Source: Cirrosporium novae-zelandiae
Lineage: Eukaryota
Assembly (NCBI GenBank): GCA_026023565.1
Contig: JAPETS010000009.1
Location: forward strand, 434,001-498,000
Length of the DNA stretch: 64,000 nt
Reading direction: 5' to 3'
A program made the position numbers and the translations under genes. A model generated the notes under the pieces. It had not been told where the DNA came from and searched no databases. It worked only from the letters and a program-made list of their open reading frames with translations. Shown here in pieces: positions 1 through 13,026 of this stretch; within the stretch, counting starts at the first letter, position 1; each line of letters opens with the position of its first letter.

Positions 1-265
1 ACTTAGCGGTAAATTCAAAGTTGATTTCCAAGGGGATTGGGATGGACTGGATGGATTGGATGGATTGGACGGATTTCTTAACCATCCTTCACCGACAAAT
101 GGAGAAAAGTTGGGAAATGCAGGAAATTGCAGTTGGACTAGGCCGTAAGAAGATGCAAGACGCCCCCTCAAGGAAGCCCCAGAATCCACTCCTAAGGCCC
201 CAAAAGCAAAGACCATGGGAGGGGAGAAGCCTAACGAAAGCCCAGCGAGGCCCATCAAAGCCTAG

Positions 266-301
266 GGCAGCTTAGGCCAGCTTAGGCCAGCTTAGGCCAG
301 C
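266..301. repeat. 11-bp tandem repeat (CAGCTTAGGC-C) x3
   Basis: gcagcttaggccagcttaggccagcttaggccagc is read directly; a 9-bp ATGGA(C/T)TGG repeat also lies at about 42-75. Confidence 0.85.
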
Positions 302-1273
302 CTCGGGAGCCCACGAACTTCAACCTATGAGACAACCAACTGGACAAGTGACAAGCCTTGAAGATAAATTAAAGGAAATGAAAGGTAAATGAATCTTCAT
401 CATTGGATCTTCTCTTATCGATAACAACAAAAACTTAATCAATTCAGACAGGAAGAGACAGGAAAAGCCAGGAAGGACCCAGCAAGACCACCCCTCCCCC
501 ATGCAACAAAAGACCAAGCCAATCTTTCAAAGTACGTGAACAGGATGGGAAAGAAACTCCTATCTGCTGTGGTAGGTCCTAATTACCTGGGTGGTGAGTA
601 GTAGTGAGTAATAAGCCATCTACCGATGTCTGCCACGCCCACTGCTGTTTTGTATTCCATCTCAATTGCTTCGAAATCTAAACTAAAATGCTACAAGACC
701 TACTCACTCTGACAGGGCTATACCTAAACTTAGCCCACTTTGTCTCACCTCATCTTGCAGAGGGAAGCTATACGAAATTCGGACTTTGACAGAAGTAACA
801 ATTAAATCTCATTAATGTCGGCCCTGGTCGTCACAATTCTATTCTATTTTCTTACTTTAGTTTATTGCTCCTCGTCCTTCTTTCTTCCCCGCATATCGTG
901 ATTGATCATTTATCTCATATGTGTTTCCTTCCTTCATATCCTCTTCGTTTCACCTCTTATAACCTCGATAACTCTCGTTGATATCCTACATTCCCTTTGG
1001 CGCTGGCCACCGCTCTAACTTCAACTGATCCAGGTCCCCCTGTCGCATGCCGATGAGTTTTGTGGCAGTTGAGCTTGGTCGTGTAGCAATTAAGGAATCC
1101 AATTGAGGCACACATAGTACCGCGTGTGACAAAGATATCACGCCCGGATCGATCCAAAGGACTGGTTCCTGAAACCTTCATACCAGCTTGAAGCTCACAA
1201 TCTTCTACGACTCTATTCAATTTCTTCATATTTATTCTATCAACCTCTCCCGCGGAGATTCTCATCCTTGAAA

Positions 1274-2500
1274 ATGGTCTCAAAAAATACCTTGATCATT
1301 GCAATTGCGGCTAGTGTGGGAGGGTTTTGTCTACTCTCTGTGTTTATCTGTACAACGGTTATTTGTTTCCGCAGACGGCGAGGGCAAAATAACGAGAAAA
1401 AAGTCCCAGATATCGAAACTCCTACGAGGAAATTGACCGTAAAACGTGGGCGGGTGGTGTCACATAACGAAACTACTAGTTGGGGGCAAGATAGCTTCGG
1501 CCGATTCTCCCTCAGAGGTTTCACCAGAGCAATAAGCCCAATGCCCAAAAGTCCTTCCAACAAGAGCTTCACACGACTAGCAGCCGACCAGCCAAGTCCA
1601 CGTCGACCATCCTACAAATCAGATCATGAACCCACAACTCCAGCGGCGCCGGCTCCTGCCGTCGTATCCGAAGTATCCTCCGAGGACCCTGGACCAGGAC
1701 TCTCTCCGGTGAAAAGTAAATACTCGGTGGAAACAACCGAGCTGTATCCCCTCGTCGAGAGGCTCCAGTCAATACGAGAACTTGCCGAAAACAGTCCTGA
1801 CCACAGTCCTCGTATTCATTTTGAGTCTCCTTGGGATCGTCGTCCAAAATCTAGCGTATCAACCGCATCTTCCATGCCTTCACCTCGAACTGTGACCCCA
1901 GCAAAGTTGAGAGAATCAAGAAGAGGCTCGCATCCCAAAGTCGATAAACCGCATATACCTCTAGAGAAATCCAGGCTCTCCGAATCCGGCTGGCCAAACG
2001 ATTCCTTCCTACTTTCGCCGACTACTCCCACCACAATAACAGCACCAAAAGCCCGCCAAAGTCGCAACTCAGGAAGAGACTCCCTCGGCAATCGCCAAAC
2101 ATTCTACCGGGACTCCCAAAGCTCCGTCGATGTCCCCTACAACGAGCCTCCTTCCGCCAAGTCCACCGGCTCTGACCAAAGAGACGCCATCTCAATCATC
2201 ACCACGCCTCCCAATGAGGACGGAAACCGCATGTCCCGTAACACCTTCAGAAGCTTCACATCTGACATCTCTTCTACGTGTACAATCAAACAAGCATACC
2301 CGATCTCGCTCGAAAATCGGCCCAAGTCCACCTGGTTACTGGAGAAAGAGCTTCCACCTCTCCCGATCGCCAAGGCCCGGAGTTTAAAAGTCAATCCGAA
2401 TCACCGTAGAGCGAGGTCCCTGGCCACTCGCGGGACGTATCTTTCTCCAGCGCCCGAGGAAATCCCGGTGCCGCTACGAGGGGAGAAGAATTTTATCTAA
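1274..2500 (+). CDS. Hypothetical single-pass membrane protein with a long disordered Ser/Pro/Arg-rich cytoplasmic tail
   Basis: Intronless 408-codon ORF from ATG 1274. N-terminal hydrophobic helix (LIIAIAASVGGFCLLSVFICTTVICF) is followed by an RRRR positive-inside cluster. Confidence 0.75.
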   Translation: MVSKNTLIIAIAASVGGFCLLSVFICTTVICFRRRRGQNNEKKVPDIETPTRKLTVKRGRVVSHNETTSWGQDSFGRFSLRGFTRAISPMPKSPSNKSFTRLAADQPSPRRPSYKSDHEPTTPAAPAPAVVSEVSSEDPGPGLSPVKSKYSVETTELYPLVERLQSIRELAENSPDHSPRIHFESPWDRRPKSSVSTASSMPSPRTVTPAKLRESRRGSHPKVDKPHIPLEKSRLSESGWPNDSFLLSPTTPTTITAPKARQSRNSGRDSLGNRQTFYRDSQSSVDVPYNEPPSAKSTGSDQRDAISIITTPPNEDGNRMSRNTFRSFTSDISSTCTIKQAYPISLENRPKSTWLLEKELPPLPIAKARSLKVNPNHRRARSLATRGTYLSPAPEEIPVPLRGEKNFI

Positions 2501-3521
2501 ATCAAAGCCCGATTAAACATAATCTATTATGAGACAGCTTCGTCTGGACTTGACCTATGCAATACATAACTACATAATGCGAACTTTGACTACCCCCCCC
2601 CCCAATCTATCCATTAGGAGTAGCAATCAACGGGTGCTTGCTTGCCGGATGCTACGCGCTTCAACCCTAAAACCAATCCTACCTACCACCTACCTACTCC
2701 ACAACCTACCTACCTACCTCACCTTCACTACTACCTACCTACCAAATCTACCTCAAAAAATCTTGATGATGCCAAAGAAACGACTTGATGGGGTTCTTGC
2801 GTTGAACTTACCTACGGAGCTTACGGAGCATGCGTGTCGACTTTTAACTTTTTTTTTTTTCATTTGTGAAAATGTGTATTACAAAAAAATACAAATTATA
2901 ATAATATTTATTATTAGGTAGCTGGAAATGTGGGGGGAGGGGTTTGGCAGGTGATTGTGGGTGGGTGGGGATGAGAGAGGGAGAGAGAGACGGTGGCATA
3001 GTATTATACCCCCTGATGGCTGATCTGGGCTGGGGCTGGGCTAATATCAGAAGTCGGTGCGTGCGTGTGGGTATGTGGGAATGTCTGAATATACTAAAGC
3101 AATGAACTCGAAGAAGACCAAAAAAAAAGGCTAGACTATATTATATATATATTACATAACTACCTTACCTTGCCTTTATCATACATACAAGAAGAAAAAG
3201 AAAAAGTACTGTACATGTACAAAAGCACTTAATGTATTATGTATATCTATAACGTTTTAAGCAAAACAAAGTCTATCTATCTAACATGTAGTATATATAA
3301 AGAGAGAGAAAAGTTATAAAAATGAAATAAAAAATTCAGTGGAAGCAAAAAATTTTTTTTATAAACATACTGTACCTAGGTACTTATGAAAGAACAGGGG
3401 AGATGGATTGATATGTATGTGTATAGAGAGAGAGAGAGAATAAAAATGAAAAGGCAGTGGAGTAAAATAAGGATGGATAATTATGAGCATGCATGGGGAA
3501 TGGAATGAATTAGGGGAATAA

Positions 3522-3522
<1 letters not shown>

Positions 3523-3552
<30 letters not shown>

Positions 3553-3554
3553 CA
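3523..3554. repeat. (TACA)n microsatellite in a low-complexity intergenic region (2.5-5.0 kb)
   Basis: Direct observation; (CTAC)n, (GACT)n and AAACCA repeats nearby. Confidence 0.9.
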
Positions 3555-6500
3555 CTGTACATAGTTGTCTACCTACCTACCAACAATGTTTCATAACCAG
3601 ACACCAGATTACCAGAAAGACCACTCATCACTCATTGACTGGCTGACTGACTGACTGACTGACTACAAGTAACACCCAGTTTTGCAACACTCACTTCCAA
3701 CCTCAACAACTCCTCGACTTCCTCTCCCTCTAAAACAACAAGTAAAAAAACCACCACAGCTAACTTACACAACAATAATAATTATGAGCCATCCCCCCCC
3801 CCCTCCTAGCCCAAAAAAACCAGGCAGACAAGACAAGGCACGCGCCAGGAACACAACCAACCAACCAAAAAAAAATCCAAAACCAAAACCAAAACCAAAG
3901 CCAAGCTTTTAAAGTTACAGTGATTAGCTCACAAAATGGTGATCATCTAGACTAATCTAGTCCTCATATGTTTTAGCGTATGTTTATTTTTTGTTTGTTG
4001 GTGGTAACAAAGTAGCTAAAAAAAAAATGGAAACAAAAAATTCTCCGTGGTTGGTTGGTTTGGTTGGGAACTACTGTGGTATGATGAAACGTCCCGCGAT
4101 TCAGAATTTTAGAGGGACTTGGGGGGATTTGAGACTTGGCTGGTATGGTTGTGGCTGTGCTAATGGTAATGGTAATGTGTGGTAATATAATTTGTGGAAT
4201 GGGGTTTGGGGTTGTTTTGTCTCGTGAAGTTGTTGGTTTGGTTTGGTTTTAGTGGTTTTTTGTTTGGTAAAGTTGGGTTTTGAAGTGCTTGAAGCGTTTG
4301 GAGTTGTTTGGGGGAGCGATTCTATCAATAGAATATATCTATAGGATTAGAATTGGTATTAGTGTTTGCATGTGGAGAGTGGGGGGGTTTTATTTTATTT
4401 TTTTGGTCGGTAATTGTTGTAATGGATTTTGAGGGAGTTTTCGTTTTTTTTTTGTGGAGGGAGGGCAGGTAGGTAGGAAGGAAGGATGTGTGGGTTTTTT
4501 TGAGACTCTCTTTTTTACTTGAGGGAGTTTTTGGGGTTTGGGGTCTGGGGTGTGCGTCTGTCTGGTGATCCTGGTTACATTTTTGGATAGAAGTTGGACA
4601 GTTGGACAGTTATTGTTGTTGTTGGAGGTGATAAGGAGGTGATGGATAAGTAGGTCGCAAGCAAGGTAAGGATGGATAGGAATGGGAATACGAGCACCGT
4701 ACCTTCCATTTACTATAGTCTCTTGGATGGATTCTGTCCTGCGGAAATGGGAAATAGGTGTCTGATAATTCCACATCCCTTCAATACGGAAAACAAACCT
4801 GGTCTTCCTTCCATGTTCCTTTTGATCGGATGGGAGGGAGGTCGATTCGATTGACGCGATGATTTCATACCCCCCCCCCCCCCTTCCAGCAAGCCGTGCA
4901 AAAGGCCTGTTCCATCCTAGCCTATATGATAATATAATAAATAAGTTGGTAGGAATATATAGTAAGCGAGATCTTTCCGTCAGTTTAAATCTTAGAGTCA
5001 ACACAACCTAACGTCTGCGGCGTTTTGGGACTTGATTTCATTAATTATAGACTATTCAAAGTTCGTAAGAGAAGTTCCAAGAACCGATTGAGGTGGGAAT
5101 ATGGTTTAGACTAATGTCGTTATTGCGAAAGTAAGTTCTTTGATTTAGTCAACTTAATTCGATTTCTGGAGGAAAGTTTATATGGCTTTTTTTATTTTTC
5201 CTCTCCTTGCCGTTTCCAGGGAAGAGCCTTGAACGGTTTTTCAGGCGACAGATCCAAGCTGATAACGATGATTGCGGTATAGGAACTTCCTTGATCTATC
5301 TTCCGCCGCCCTCTTTTCCTGCTGATATGTATTCAACGTCCCCAAGCTTTGTTATCCAGTGCAGCTTGCTAGCATAGTCACAGATGTGGTTGAATTTTAT
5401 ACTCATATACCCTTTCAGTGTTTTGATAGACGATAATAGTATTAGAATTCGAGTCCTGCGTCGCTAGTTACTCGAAAGTTCTGTACAGCGCTAAGGATTG
5501 TATAATACTGACATCGAAGATCTGTATGGTTGTAAATAATAGCAGAGGTGTCGAGCGACTGCGCCACTGACCATATTTATGCCTGAGGTATCATCACACG
5601 TGCATCAATATTATCCGAGACCATCATACACCCCACAGCCTCAAAGATATCATCAGAAAGAGATCAAAACATGTTCATAAGGGTATAGCATAAAATGAAT
5701 GAGGCGGTTGACGCTCTAACTGCTACCACTAACAAAATCCAGGCTTTGTTGGTACACCGCCCCGCCATTTGACAACTCAGAAATACGTGGTGCGGTGGTG
5801 GTTTATCCGAGGATTCTGGACCCCCCACCACTACTTGTTGGAAATAAGAAGATCCCATCTATTTAAAAGATGACAAAACATTCTTACCGCCCTTTCAAGA
5901 AGGCCGCAGCGTTTGTCTATGAGGCATGATAAACATCTATTCGGCAGGCCTTTCTACTATGATAATTTAGTGAGTGAGTCGGACGCTAAGTTGGAATCTA
6001 CACGTAGAAAGAGTCAACTGGACGCTTAAATGGAGGCCTGGCTATTAGAAATGAATGGCCCGACCAACACTAGTTGGTGATAATGCGTGTTTGGCTGAGT
6101 TTCTGTGTAGGTATTTATCAGCTCACCATTCCCAGGCTTCCATGCTGCCCTTTTGCTAGAGAGATTTCTCGGATTCGTCTCCTCCAAGCTCTAACAGTAC
6201 ATATTTTCATTCAATCATCTACCACTTCATCTATTTGTCGAACACGTTTACACATACCTCAATGTTTTAACAATGGAATTGAAGAGCCGGACGGGTGCCT
6301 ATGAGCCTCTGGTGGGATTTGCTTACAATATGTCGAACACGTCGTCGCGCCGTAGTAACTTTGGCTATTCGTGACAACACTGAGTGTTCACTCCTATTTT
6401 GTTCACTCGGATTTTTTTGGTTTACTACTCACCCTCCATTATCCTGCTCTGCGTGAAGTACCGTGGCAGTATTTACAGCCATACGTTAGACAGTCGATAG

Positions 6501-6924
6501 TGATAGCTGGGACTCAGCTCCACGTTAGAACCACCCTATCACGACCTCTTACAAAGAGTCCGCCCAACAATCACCCCGCAAAGACGACATACCCATTACC
6601 ATTAGCAGTGTGCCAAGTGCAGAGCAATATTCAGGCTACGACCAGCTTCTCACCTTCGTTTCCTATTTGAATTCGCCAGCATCATGTTCCTCCTTTGGAC
6701 GCCTGAGTCCTCTGCCACTCTCGGACAATATGTACTATTAACACCTCGGAAAGGGCTGATTACATATCATATCTAACGATCATATAGGCAGAGGGTAGAG
6801 ATATCCATGTTCCGAAGGACCAAAATAGCTACAAAGGCGTAACAAATAGCCTTACAAGTGTGCCTGTTAGTTCATGATGCATTCACGATTTGTTTACATA
6901 ATATGTTTATTCGCCGCTAATTAG

Positions 6925-8346
6925 ATGGTTCAGTGGCTCCCCTTCAATGATACTACTGTTATGATCGCCTCGGACATCATGATAGACAGGCGAAGTCAGG
7001 TTATCTCTGCTATTACTGTGGCAAATTCAGGACTGGACGAATATATAGGAGACACGTTCTTGACATCGACTAGAATGCTCCTCTCGAAAAGAATAGCTCA
7101 CATCTATGTCATGTGGAATGAAGAATATCTTGCCTTCTTCATTACCATGGACGAAATCACACCATCCGCCAACTCCTCATATTTACTGATTATTCGAAGA
7201 AGCAGCCACTACAGAAATAGCAAAGTTATGATTCAAGATACAGAACCTAGAGAAATCAATACTACAATAAGTGCTTGTAGTTTGAACATGCAAGAGCTAC
7301 AAACCAAAAGGTTTCACCTGGGCGGAGTTTCACGGCTTCATGCGTCTCCTATACTTTCCACGAATTCCCCCAAAGCAAAAAATATCATGATCCCACGACC
7401 CCTCGGAATGCCAGAAAAAACCGGAAGTTCCATCTTAAGACCACCTCAGCCACAATGTCTGCCATTCCATGCAGCCCCTCGAATTTCTAAATTTACGCCG
7501 CTTACTGTTCAAAAACACGTCCAGTCACATTCAGAACCTCCTAGGAATAGGTGTACCCGGAATAGCCTACAGGGTCTTCGATATACTCCGCGCGAAAGCT
7601 GCCCTGACCCTAGAGTGAAAGCTCTTGCAAGCGCCGAAAGGTTTGTTGATGCAAAAAGAGGGAAATCAGTAGAGCGCAAGGTCATGCATGTGCGCAGTGG
7701 ATCTCCCCTAAGATATATTTCTTCGCGTCGTAGGAGATTGCATAAACACGGAAAGACTATCCTGGAGGAACAAGGGAGCTTGCTTTCTCAAGACCAAGTC
7801 GCATTGACAAGAGAGAAATTATCAATTGCTACTCGATACAAGCGAAGGAGGCCTAGCATTGTTCAAACTTCCACCACCGAAAATACTAGTAACCCACCAC
7901 CGTCAGAGGTTCTCACTACTTTTGATGGGACATATGAGGATCTTAATTGCGATGTCCTTCCCTTACTCCATCCTAAGAAGTGTAAATCCGGACTGGTGAG
8001 AGACGAAAACAAGATAAGAAAAGAGACTAGGATAGAAGAGCATACGGTTCGACAGGAATGTTTCTCTAGATTCCGCAACCCGCTACGAAATAGATTTACC
8101 GCCAAGTCTAGCCTCGCCCCTACTGCCGCCCAAGCGACCGTAGCGGAGGGCTATGTGACAAAGGATATAGATCTACAGGGTAGTCGTGCCTTAAAAAATA
8201 TTATGGCACAGAGGACTAGAAGAAACGAGCTCGATAAGCATCTCGAATCTTTTATCAGTGCCAGCCCACTAAAGCGGATGGGGAGATCGGTCAAGAATAT
8301 CATTGGAAAACTAAAGTTCGGTCAGCACTTTAGTAATGGACAGTGA
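6925..8346 (+). CDS. Hypothetical basic protein (473 aa, orphan); true start uncertain
   Basis: 1.4-kb uninterrupted ORF, unlikely by chance; no recognisable domain. Confidence 0.5.
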   Translation: MVQWLPFNDTTVMIASDIMIDRRSQVISAITVANSGLDEYIGDTFLTSTRMLLSKRIAHIYVMWNEEYLAFFITMDEITPSANSSYLLIIRRSSHYRNSKVMIQDTEPREINTTISACSLNMQELQTKRFHLGGVSRLHASPILSTNSPKAKNIMIPRPLGMPEKTGSSILRPPQPQCLPFHAAPRISKFTPLTVQKHVQSHSEPPRNRCTRNSLQGLRYTPRESCPDPRVKALASAERFVDAKRGKSVERKVMHVRSGSPLRYISSRRRRLHKHGKTILEEQGSLLSQDQVALTREKLSIATRYKRRRPSIVQTSTTENTSNPPPSEVLTTFDGTYEDLNCDVLPLLHPKKCKSGLVRDENKIRKETRIEEHTVRQECFSRFRNPLRNRFTAKSSLAPTAAQATVAEGYVTKDIDLQGSRALKNIMAQRTRRNELDKHLESFISASPLKRMGRSVKNIIGKLKFGQHFSNGQ

Positions 8347-8885
8347 ATCCGAGGGTTATACATCTTTGAAATGTGTCAGTGGTCACATCTTGTCTGGGCT
8401 GTAGATATAAGATATATATGGACATATGGTGTTGGTTGGATTTTTCTTATTTCATAGTTATACGAAAGTAACGAGTTATGTATTCCTTGCTACAACACTA
8501 GGCAGTTAGTATTTAAGCCTTTCATGCACCTAACCATTTAATGCATTACGGAGACTTGGGGGCTAATATTATATAGCTGGGCTTGCTTATATTCGGAAAC
8601 CGGGGAAAATGATCTCCGGAGTTCCGACATTCTGGTATTCCAGCATTCCTGTCTTGGCTTAGGACCAGGACCCTGTGCAAGCGTTATCGGAAGCTTATCA
8701 AAACTAGCAGATGATGCGGGTGAATGGGGTCGACTCTGGCCCTTTACCATCCAGCCAGCTCTACATTTCACTTTCCACCCTCTACCCTCCACTTGTCTTC
8801 CTACTAATCCAAGCCTCAAATAGCTACTATCCATAGTTCTACATCATATCTATATCATTATTTGAAGGCAGCAGCATCAGTCAAC

Positions 8886-10632
8886 ATGGGATCTGCAGAA
8901 TCTAAGCCCGATCCTCAGGTCGCTCGGCAGCTGGCCGAACGACTTCGAGCGCTAGACCTTAAGGAAAGTGAAAAGGAGCTTGAGAAGGGATATATTTATG
9001 TTGAGGGAGATGAACGTGAGTCCCTTTGCTGAAAGCTGAATCTGCAGGATACAAGGACGAGTTCGGAACGAATTCCTTGGCTGATAAGCGGTGACTTGTA
9101 GCACCAGCATACTCGGCACCTTCCCAGGTGGTATCCATCAACCAGGCAGAACAATGGGAAAAGGAGCTTTTGGAGGACCCAAAGGTAGATATTCTGCAGA
9201 TATTCACGGCGATATCTTATGTGGCCGTTGCTACACTTAGCCAAGTCCAAGCTAATTTACCCCCTTAGAATCGCCTTGCCCTGTCTGCCCTCTCTTCCCA
9301 TAATGTCAAAGACGTTCTCACCAGACGCTCCACCACAATATCCGATACGCAGACTTTCAATATCAAAATCCCATTTGAAGGGGCTCCTATCACCAACCAG
9401 AACTCCTCAGGACGATGCTGGCTCTTTGCCTCGACTAACGTCTTCCGTGTAGCAATTATGAAAAAGCATAATCTCAATGAGTTTGAGCTCAGTCAAGCCT
9501 ATTTATTCTTTTGGGACAAGCTGGAAAAGGCCAATTACTTCTTGGAAAACGTACTGGACACAGTTAAAGAACCCCTGGATGGAAGGTTGGTCAAGGAATT
9601 AATGAAAGACCCCGTGGGAGATGGAGGTGGGTAGTCACTCGTGAAGGAATGTAGATTACTAATTATATACTAACTTGATTCGCCTGGATAGGTCAGTGGG
9701 ATATGGTTGCCAACTTGGTAGAGAAGTATGGACTAGTCCCTCAGTCCCTCTACCCGGACTCCTTCAACGCCAAATCCTCTAGAATAATGGGTAGCCTCAT
9801 CACTACTAAGCTACGTGAAGACTGCCTTACCTTGCGCTCCTTGGCTTCCAAGAAAAATTCCATCTCCACAGTCGCCTCGGCTAAAGACAAAATGCTCCGC
9901 GAAATTCATCTTATGCTTACACTTATGCTGGGCCCACCTCCTAACCCCAACCAGAAATTTACTTGGGAGTACGACGACAAAGACGGTAAATTTAGAAAGA
10001 TCGTGACTACTCCACGTGCATTTTCCAAAGAGCTTTCAAGCTCAGACTCGATCCGTGCCAACGCCGGCACCGATGTCAACAAGCTCTTTAGTTTGGTCAA
10101 CGATCCCCGCAATTCATACATGTCTCTACTTACCGTGGAAAGGCTTGGAAATGTATTTGGCGGGCGTCCAATCACTTACGTCAATGTTGACATGACTACC
10201 ATGAAGAAGGCATGCATTGACATGCTCCAGGCTGGTATTCCCGTCTTTTTCGGAAGCGATGTTGGAAAATATAGTAACAGCGTAACCGGCATTATGGATA
10301 CCGGCCTTATTGATTATGAGCTTGGCTTTAACATCAGCTTAGGCATGAGTAAGGCGCAAAGACTGATGACTGGCGAGAGCTCCATGACTCATGCGATGGT
10401 CCTCACCGCCGTCCACGTTGTTGATGGCAAGCCCGTAAGGTGGAGAGTGATGAACAGCTGGGGCGACAAAGCCGGCTCAAAGGGTTATTTTGTCATGTCC
10501 GACAAATGGATGGATGAATTTGTTTACCAGGCTGTAGTGGATCCTAGCTTCGTTGGCAAGGAAGTTAAAGATGTGCTTGGCCAGCAGCCCACTGTGCTAC
10601 CACTGTGGGATCCTATGGGCGCTTTAGCTTAA
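8886..10632 (+). CDS. LAP3: Bleomycin hydrolase / cysteine aminopeptidase (peptidase C1B), 4 exons
   Basis: Exons 8886-9015, 9102-9184, 9269-9626, 9692-10632 splice in frame. Catalytic motifs TNQNSSGRCWLFA, MTHAMV and NSWG are present, and the C-terminus WDPMGALA is typical of Gal6/BLMH. Confidence 0.97.
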
Positions 10633-11952
10633 GTTAATTTTTGAGACTTCGAAGCTCCGAGTGATAGATGGAGATGAAGGGGACCTGCGCAAGATGGCTT
10701 GAGGAACAGATTTACTTCTTAGTTCCTCCTAAATGGAGGGCAGGTGGGTTTCGTTTGGGTCTTCTGGTTCCTGGAAGGAGGGGAAGTGGAAGGGGGAGTC
10801 TTCATGGTCCTTGCCTTGATTTGCCAGACCTGGCGTTCAGAAGCGATTGAGAGAGGGAGGGATAAGTTCTGAATTACCAGTAGCATTGCATACCGAGCAT
10901 ATATGACGTTTCCCACAATTGATTCTAATTCAATGACAAATTTCTTTTATCATTCATACACCTTAGACCGACCAGACCTTAATTACCCAAGGGTCTATTC
11001 GGTCTATCTTAAATGCGAATTATAGTCTCAGAGCTCATTCGCCAACTAACTAACATGCCTACCGCATGTGTCAGAAATTAAGGTATTATAATCGGAACGA
11101 TACAAAGACCTTGCCTGAGCATCCATAGCATAACATCAAACTCATGATTAAAAATCTTAAAAATCTTAAAAAACCACGGCCCATATGCAAAGTAATATAA
11201 CCACCAAGCAGTAGTCTAATTATTTATTTCCTCAACTTGGAACTGATTTCGGGAACAAACAAACAAATTAGGGTGGCCGAAAAATACCGGGTAGATTAAT
11301 TAATTATTCGGGTCGACAAAGCTGAGCCTTACTTGAATTTTTTGATGCCGACTGGGCCTACTCGAGTACAACTCTTAATTATTCACTGGATTTAGTGTCA
11401 ACCCTAAATACACTTTAACTACTTTAACCCTTACCCTCGAGCAAGCTGCAAGCAGCGTAAGAAGCATAATCAATCACGGCGTACCGATATTTTATAATAT
11501 ATAAAGCATATATGTACAATAAGTGGCAAATTCCATAATTAAAAAAAACCCCATAACAAATTCCACCGAATAATCCCCCCGCTGTGCCCTATGCATATTC
11601 AAGAAATCAAAAAGGCGCGTTTCTTTTCTAACCTCAAGAAGTTTATACGACATACATGTCCAGTATTATCCAACAAGTCCCTTTTATTAAGCACATATCT
11701 AGTAGAGAGAGAAGAAAAGACGACGTAATTGAGTAAAGTGAAAACGCAAAAGAGGGAATTGTGTGTCAAAACAAAGTATATACCCAACACTTTCATCCCA
11801 TTAACCATTTCGAAACTTTCCCACCTTCATCCAAAAATCCCCCTTTTAATATATATATCTAGGGTTAGGGAATGGAATCAGACCGACCAGACCAAGCCTC
11901 TCCGTCTGTAGAGCCGTCGGCCATATGATGTAACAGGGGTTTAGTTGGCTAA

Positions 11953-12486
11953 TTAATGATCGTATAATATATCAGCCAAGGCCTTGGGGGAAGCTTTGGT
12001 GTTGACTTCTCCCCCCCCATCTTGTGTAGACCGAAATGGACCTTGGGTAGTCAAGGTCTGGTCGGTGGTCTGGTCGGTCTCCCGGTCGGTCTCCCGTTCC
12101 ATCTCCCGTTCCATCTCCTCGTCCCTTGGCTCGATGGCCGCTCCCTTCTCTCCTCTTTCCATACCCCCCCTACTCCCTTCCGCTCCTTCATATTTTCTCA
12201 ACCATTTCGCAGGCTTCTTTTCTTCCCAACATTTTTGTAACCATTTATGATGGTCATATTTCTCCTTGTCGTACATCTCCATTGGTTTCCGTAGCGATTT
12301 TTTATGTTGAGGATAATATCCTTTACTTTCCCATCTTTGTCGCCTAGCTTTTTTGACACCATCTATACGCCGAGCGAGTATATATTGGTAATATGTGAAG
12401 CTTGGAAGGTCTCTGGGATCGGCACTATAGACATCTTTTTGGAGGTCTGTTTCGCTTTGGGTATCTCCGTGTTTGGGAGAAGACAT
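11953..12486 (-). CDS. Orphan hypothetical protein (177 aa)
   Basis: Open ORF, charged, with short internal repeats (EMER/ETDR/TTDQ); no known domain. Confidence 0.4.
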   Translation of the reverse strand: MSSPKHGDTQSETDLQKDVYSADPRDLPSFTYYQYILARRIDGVKKARRQRWESKGYYPQHKKSLRKPMEMYDKEKYDHHKWLQKCWEEKKPAKWLRKYEGAEGSRGGMERGEKGAAIEPRDEEMEREMERETDRETDQTTDQTLTTQGPFRSTQDGGGEVNTKASPKALADILYDH

Positions 12487-12856
12487 GTCGTAGGTGTGGG
12501 TGTCCTCCTGAGTGATGGACTGGGGAAGGAAAATTGAGAGTCCTGTTTCCTTTTTTGCGTCACGTTCTTCCTGCGATCCTCCGCCGATTATGTCTGAGAC
12601 TGTTATTCTGGGAACCGCCGTGAATTTGTTTTATGAGCCTTCACTATTTATTAAAGGGAGGAGATATGTAGTAAGTAAACTAAGATTGTAGCAATGGGGA
12701 GTAAAGGATTCTTATTCAGATATTTATATCGATAACTGAGTTAGTAGTTTCAAATTTTCAATGAAATATCGAGGAAGGGAAACATCGAGGAAGGGAAATA
12801 TATAGTTCCAAATTAGGGAGGCGAAATGGACGTCGGTGCTATTGCAAAAGCCTAAC

Positions 12857-13026
12857 GTAAATTCCCTTTCCTTCTGATTAGGCGTAATCAAAATTCGTAC
12901 GGTTTGGCTTGTGAGTTTCCTTTCCTTCTGATTAGGTGTGATCAAAATTCGTGCGGTTTAGCATGTAAGTTCCCTTTCTTTCTGAATAGGCGTGATCAAA
13001 ATTCGGGCGGTTTGGCTTGTAAATTC
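12857..13026. repeat. 54-bp minisatellite, 3 diverged copies plus a partial
   Basis: Unit GTAAATTCCCTTTCCTTCTGATTAGGCGTAATCAAAATTCGTACGGTTTGGCTT, with copies starting at 12857, 12911, 12965 and 13019. Confidence 0.92.

Noticed and set aside
2529..5004. Short ORFs in the low-complexity spacer (similar ones at 23-25.5 kb and 62-64 kb)
   Set aside because: They are translations of microsatellites and homopolymers with no protein-like composition.
8600..8617. Gal4-like CGG..CCG site upstream of LAP3/GAL6
   Set aside because: Spacing is 12 nt, not the 11 nt required.
11269..11406. Possible hAT-like MITE (TAGGGTGGCC ... GTCAACCCTA)
   Set aside because: Only an 8/10 inverted match and no target-site duplication.
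12857..13026. CRISPR-like array
   Set aside because: Contiguous tandem units without unique spacers, in a eukaryotic context with no cas genes.
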